Source of the DNA: Myxococcota bacterium
Lineage (GTDB): Bacteria; Myxococcota_A; UBA9160; UBA4427
Assembly: GCA_039187915.1 (NCBI GenBank)
Contig: JBCCZJ010000002.1
Location: 1-38,016, forward strand
DNA length: 38,016 nucleotides
Reading direction: 5' to 3'
A model generated the notes under the pieces. That model saw only the letters and a program-made list of their open reading frames with translations. It had not been told where the DNA came from and did no database searches. A program made the position numbers and the translations under genes. Shown one piece after another: positions 34,867-38,016 of this stretch; position 1 is the stretch's first letter, and each line of letters begins with the position of its first letter.

Positions 34867-35763
34867 ATGGAGATCGGTGGTCGCTACACCCTCTACGGAG
34901 ACCTCGCGCGACGGGACGCAGCGGGGCTGGCCGCGATCCTCGTGGCGAAGCGGGTCCCGATCGAGCTCGTCGAAGAGTCGCCGTCTCTCGCCCTGGCGCT
35001 CGCGGCCCGCGCCGGCCGCGAAACGGGTCCCTACCAGCGGACGCCGGAGGGGTTCGTGCTCGCGGACGGGTTCGCGATCCGGGAATGGCTCGAACGGGTC
35101 CATCCCGCGCCTGCGCTCCTGCCGGCGACCCCGGTCCGGCGGACCTGCGCGCGGCTTCTCGAGGACTGGATCGAGCTCTGGCTCCCGCACTGGCCGCGCC
35201 GCTCCTGGGCGACGCTCGAGCGACTCGGAGCGCACGTCGAGGCCGCCGGCTTCCTGCTCGGCCGCGCGCCGACCCGCCCCGATCGCCTGCTCGCGGCGTG
35301 GCTCGAGACCGAGGTCCTGGTCCACCCCCACGCCCGCGACCATCTCGCGAAGCACGCGCCGCGCCTCGTCCGCTTCGGGGAAGATCTGCTCGCGCGATCC
35401 GAGACGGACGGAGCGGGGGACGCCGCGCACGATGTGGGCGACGTGATTCCGATCTCGCTCCTGGGCGTCCTCGAAGAGATCGCGGCCGACTATCACGCCT
35501 ACCTCGCGCTGAACCATCGCGCCCTCAAGGATCGGGAGGACGAGGTGCGTCTCGACCTCGGGCTCGGCCGTGAGGCGCTGCCCGTGCAGGCCGAGTGCGA
35601 AGCGCGCCGGCTGGTGATCGGTCGCGAGCTCGCGGCGCTGGATCGCCCGCTGCGGCGCCACCTGGCCGGGACCCTCGAGCCGCTCGGTGCGTGGCACGTC
35701 CTCACGCTCCCGCCGGTCCTCGAGGCGCATGATCCGCGCGATCCCCGCAGCCTCGACGGCTAG
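34867..35763 (+). CDS. Hypothetical protein, weakly GST-like in the N-terminal two-thirds
   Basis: The thioredoxin-like/GST pattern is only loosely recognisable (YTLYGD..., FAIREWLERVHPAPALLP, LEDWIE). The C-terminal ~100 aa are unassigned. Coding is supported by length, G/C-rich third positions and tight spacing after the OsmC-like gene. Confidence 0.45.
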   Translation: MEIGGRYTLYGDLARRDAAGLAAILVAKRVPIELVEESPSLALALAARAGRETGPYQRTPEGFVLADGFAIREWLERVHPAPALLPATPVRRTCARLLEDWIELWLPHWPRRSWATLERLGAHVEAAGFLLGRAPTRPDRLLAAWLETEVLVHPHARDHLAKHAPRLVRFGEDLLARSETDGAGDAAHDVGDVIPISLLGVLEEIAADYHAYLALNHRALKDREDEVRLDLGLGREALPVQAECEARRLVIGRELAALDRPLRRHLAGTLEPLGAWHVLTLPPVLEAHDPRDPRSLDG

Positions 35764-35811
35764 CGCGCCGACGCGGGGTCGCGCCGCTCGCCGGGTGCGG
35801 TGCTGCGCCGC

Positions 35812-36696
35812 CTAACGGGACTCCCCGCGCTCGATCGAGTCGAAGAGGTCCTCGCCGGCGACGGCCCGCGCGACGTCTTCGAGCCACGGGAATTTGCGGA
35901 TCGTGTGTCCGCCGTCGACGGTCAGGCTCTGGCCGGTGATCCAGGCGGACTCGGGGCCGGCGAGGAAGCGAATGGCGCGGCCGATGTCGGAGGGATGACC
36001 GTCCTTGCGGATCGGCTGTTCGGCCAGGAACGCGTCGATCATCGGTCGGTTCTCGAACATCGCGTCGGTCGCGCCAGTCCGGGTGAGCCCGGGGCGGACC
36101 GAGTTCACCCGGATGCCGTGCTGCCCGATCTCGTCCGCGGCGACTCGGACGAGCTGATCGCACGCGGCCTTCGCCGCACAGTAGGCCGAGAGAAAGGGCG
36201 AGGAGAACTCCGCTGCGGTCGAGCTCGTCACGACGATCGAACCGCCGCCCGACTTCACCATCGCGAGACCCGCGTACTTGATGACCAGGTAGGTCGGTCG
36301 GACGTTCAGGTCGATCGTCTTCGAGAAGGCATCGTCCTCGTAGCCGAGGACGGGGCAGTAGTTGCCGCCGCCGGGTACCGAGACCGCGATGTCGAGTCCG
36401 TCTTCGCCGGCCGCGAGAGCGACCGCGTCGCGCACCTGCGCGCCGTCCATGCCGTCGCAGGTCCGCGTGGTCAGGCGCCCGCCGTCGCCCGTCGCCGCGC
36501 GGAGGCCGTCGGCGGCGGCTTCGAGGCGCTCGGCATCGCGCGCGCAGATCACGACGTCGGCCCCGTCCGCGAGGAGTGCTTCCGCGGTCGCGAGGCCGAT
36601 GCCGCTACTCGCGCCGATCACGAGGGCGCGTCGGCCCGACAGGCTGCCGGGGCCCCCGATCCGATTGCCGATTCCCGCGACGTCGATCGTCGACAT
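35812..36696 (-). CDS. Short-chain dehydrogenase/reductase (SDR)
   Basis: ALVIGASSGIGLATAEAL is a Rossmann TGxxxGIG-type motif. The catalytic YCAAKAA (YxxxK) is present, and the C-terminus ITGQSLTVDGG is typical of SDRs. Confidence 0.85.
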   Translation of the reverse strand: MSTIDVAGIGNRIGGPGSLSGRRALVIGASSGIGLATAEALLADGADVVICARDAERLEAAADGLRAATGDGGRLTTRTCDGMDGAQVRDAVALAAGEDGLDIAVSVPGGGNYCPVLGYEDDAFSKTIDLNVRPTYLVIKYAGLAMVKSGGGSIVVTSSTAAEFSSPFLSAYCAAKAACDQLVRVAADEIGQHGIRVNSVRPGLTRTGATDAMFENRPMIDAFLAEQPIRKDGHPSDIGRAIRFLAGPESAWITGQSLTVDGGHTIRKFPWLEDVARAVAGEDLFDSIERGESR

Positions 36697-36897
36697 GTCC
36701 GTCTCCCTCTTTCATCCGATCCGCGGGTTCTCGCGGCGGGGGATGCGGCGGAAGCGGAGGCGGCCACGGCCGCGCGCGATCGGGCGGGCTTCGGCTCCGT
36801 CCGACGCGTGCGTCACCGCGGCCCGATCTCCACGCCGCGTGGCGGATCAGCGTAGTCCGCGGGAGCGCGGCGCGTCAGGCCACGGACACGTGGCGCG

Positions 36898-38016
36898 TCA
36901 GTCCGCGCGGCGCGCCGCCTCGAGCGGGATGACGGGCGCGCGGTCGGCGTCCACGCCGCCGCGTCGGACGTCCGGGGCGCCGATCCGCGCGGCATCCGCC
37001 GACTGGTCGTCGCGCTGCTCCTGGCTCTCGCGCTCGGCCTGGACGCGCGCCTCGTAGTGGGCGATCTCGCGGTCCCGGGTCGCCTCGTCCCAACCGAGCA
37101 CCTCGCCCATCAGCGTCGCGGTCGGCCCGGCCGCGATCACGCCGCGGTCGAAGGTCTCGATCGAGATCCGCGTGCGGCGCGTGAGCACGTCGTCGAGGTG
37201 GAGCGCTCCTTCGTGGCTCGCGGCGTAGCGGATCTCCGCGGCGAGATAGGTCGGTGCGCCGTCGATCGCGTGGGCGAGCTCCGGCTGCGCGCGGATCGAA
37301 TCGAGGATCTCGTGGATCCGCGTGCCGTAGCGATCGAGCAGGCGTTCGATCACGTGGACGTGGAGGCCCGACTCCTCGGCGAGCGTCTCGCGGCGGTTCC
37401 ACTGGGCGCGATAGCCGGCCGCCCCGACGAGCGGCGTCTCGTGCGTGCAGCACGGCGGGACCTTCTGCTCGAGGCCGCGCGCGGCGACGTCGACCACGTC
37501 CTTGGCCATCACGCGGTAGGTCGTGTACTTGCCGCCGGCCACGGTGATCAGGCCGGAGATCGACTGGCTGACGGCGTGTTCCCGGGAGAGCTGACTGGTC
37601 GCGTCGCTCTCGCCCTGGAGGAGCGGGCGCAGTCCCGCGTAGACGCCCTCGATGTCTTCGTGCCGGAGCGGCTGGGAGAGCACCGCGTTCACCCGGTCGA
37701 GCAGGTAGTCGATGTCGGTCCGGCTCGCGGCGGGATGCGCGAGGTCGAGATTCCAGTCCGTGTCGGTCGTGCCGACGATCCAGTGGCTGTCCCAGGGGAT
37801 CACGAAGAGCACGCTCTTCTCGGTCCGGAGGATGAGGCCCGCGTCGCCGTGGATCCGATCGCGTGGCACGACGAGATGGATGCCCTTCGAAGCGCGGACG
37901 TGGATCCGTCCCCGGCCGGCGTGCTTCTGGACGAGATCGGTCCACACGCCGGTCGCGTTCACGACCTGGCGTCCGCGGATCTCGAGCGCCGAGCCGGTCT
38001 CGAGGCAGCGGGCCCG
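36898..38016 (-). CDS. glpD: FAD-dependent glycerol-3-phosphate dehydrogenase, C-terminal ~370 codons; 5' end is off the window
   Basis: VNATGVWTD, ASKGIHLVVP, VIPWDSHWIVGTTDTD, SREH, GGKYTTYR and DDVLTRRTRISIE. The frame stays open from 37962 to 38016, so the track's 'M' at 37962 is an internal GTG (Val). Confidence 0.85.
   Translation of the reverse strand, partial: RARCLETGSALEIRGRQVVNATGVWTDLVQKHAGRGRIHVRASKGIHLVVPRDRIHGDAGLILRTEKSVLFVIPWDSHWIVGTTDTDWNLDLAHPAASRTDIDYLLDRVNAVLSQPLRHEDIEGVYAGLRPLLQGESDATSQLSREHAVSQSISGLITVAGGKYTTYRVMAKDVVDVAARGLEQKVPPCCTHETPLVGAAGYRAQWNRRETLAEESGLHVHVIERLLDRYGTRIHEILDSIRAQPELAHAIDGAPTYLAAEIRYAASHEGALHLDDVLTRRTRISIETFDRGVIAAGPTATLMGEVLGWDEATRDREIAHYEARVQAERESQEQRDDQSADAARIGAPDVRRGGVDADRAPVIPLEAARRAD

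Noticed and set aside
1-38016. Defence islands, mobile elements, CRISPR arrays, prophage, toxin-antitoxin pairs, diversity-generating retroelements
   Set aside because: I saw no transposase, integrase, reverse transcriptase or nuclease-like ORFs. There are no spaced direct-repeat arrays, no long template/variable repeat pairs and no tRNA-flanked compositional island. Gene content is core metabolism, pilus and respiration.

Overview
High-G+C bacterial chromosomal window (roughly two-thirds or more G+C by eye, not computed). It is densely coding and most genes are on the minus strand. The many long Arg/Gly/Pro-rich ORFs in the track are antisense or shadow frames of the real genes.

Content from left to right:
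1. 1-12.8 kb: an MSHA-type type IV pilus locus on the minus strand, in the order mshI-J-K-L-M-N-E-G, a 186-bp AT-richer gap, then a major pilin and three minor pilins. The last minor pilin runs off the left edge. mshE carries an in-frame TAG.
2. 13.0-15.7 kb: a polytopic membrane protein with a C-terminal MORN/YwqK-type repeat, and a divergent ApbE-like paralog.
3. 15.7-24.4 kb: Na+-NQR on the minus strand (nqrABCDEF, hairpin, apbE, dgkA, yjbR-like gene, a 427-bp gap, then a 58-codon nqrM that is missing from the ORF track).
4. 24.4-27.2 kb: an 839-bp non-coding stretch, a CBS-pair protein, and a di-haem cytochrome c peroxidase with a PEP-CTERM tail behind two copies of a 16-bp dyad.
5. 27.2-32.0 kb: an alternating acyl-CoA dehydrogenase / hotdog-hydratase four-gene cluster, a 763-bp non-coding stretch, and an XRE-cupin regulator.
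6. 32.1-38.0 kb: recQ, an OsmC-like gene, a GST-like gene, an SDR, and a partial glpD.

I see no rRNA, tRNA, CRISPR array, transposase, integrase or recognisable defence or toxin module, and I cannot support a novel multi-gene system here. The most unusual items are:
- the nonsense-interrupted mshE;
- the displaced nqrM together with a degenerate second ApbE;
- three unusually long non-coding regions;
- several exact repeats and dyads in promoter regions.
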